Below are positions 17,738 to 17,811 of a stretch of DNA of 17,811 nucleotides, one piece after another. This DNA is from Bdellovibrionales bacterium (GTDB lineage: Bacteria; Bdellovibrionota; Bdellovibrionia; Bdellovibrionales; JAGQZY01). Each line of letters begins with the position of its first letter. Positions within the stretch are counted from its first letter, which is position 1. The translations under genes were made by a program, and so were the position numbers. The notes under the pieces were generated by a model, which was not told where the DNA came from, searched no databases, and worked only from the letters and a program-made list of their open reading frames with translations. The stretch spans positions 1 through 17,811 of the forward strand of contig JANPLN010000027.1 of NCBI GenBank assembly GCA_031426555.1, given 5' to 3'.

Positions 17738-17811
17738 GTTCTATTTCCATCATCACCGCCTCGCAGTTGAATTTTCGATTTTTAAAAAATCTTTTTAAGT
17801 CTTTAAAAAAA
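17734..17811 (+). CDS. Probable further GT2-like protein (5' fragment only)
   Basis: ATGA overlap with the preceding stop; reads MSSISIITASQLNFRFLKNLFKSLK, resembling the GT2 first strand and helix (S-I-I-I-P-x...L-x-x-L-L-x-S-L). Only 26 codons are visible. Confidence 0.5.
   Translation, partial: MSSISIITASQLNFRFLKNLFKSLKK

Overview
Bacterial chromosomal window; gene order and protein style suggest Bdellovibrionota or a related deltaproteobacterial lineage (inference). Bases 1-12578 hold a long, tightly coupled minus-strand envelope-biogenesis run: ybeY, prfB (+1 programmed frameshift), lolC/E, lolD, bamA, skp, fabZ, lpxA, a GnnA-like oxidoreductase, lpxB, lpxK, lpxL and a DUF3108-like lipoprotein that is cut off at the left edge and absent from the ORF track. 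mazG diverges from ybeY across a gap of only 29 nt. The right end (13527-17811) is an accessory-looking module: a radical SAM protein with an N-terminal twitch-type Cys cluster, a GT2 glycosyltransferase whose N-terminal domain looks like a degenerate radical SAM barrel, and a divergent GT2 followed by a probable third GT2 (partial). Three genes (ybeY, the radical SAM gene and the plus-strand GT2) have a sigma70-like -10 box ending exactly 6 nt before the ATG and no Shine-Dalgarno (SD), which suggests leaderless mRNAs. No RNA genes, CRISPR arrays or mobile elements were seen.
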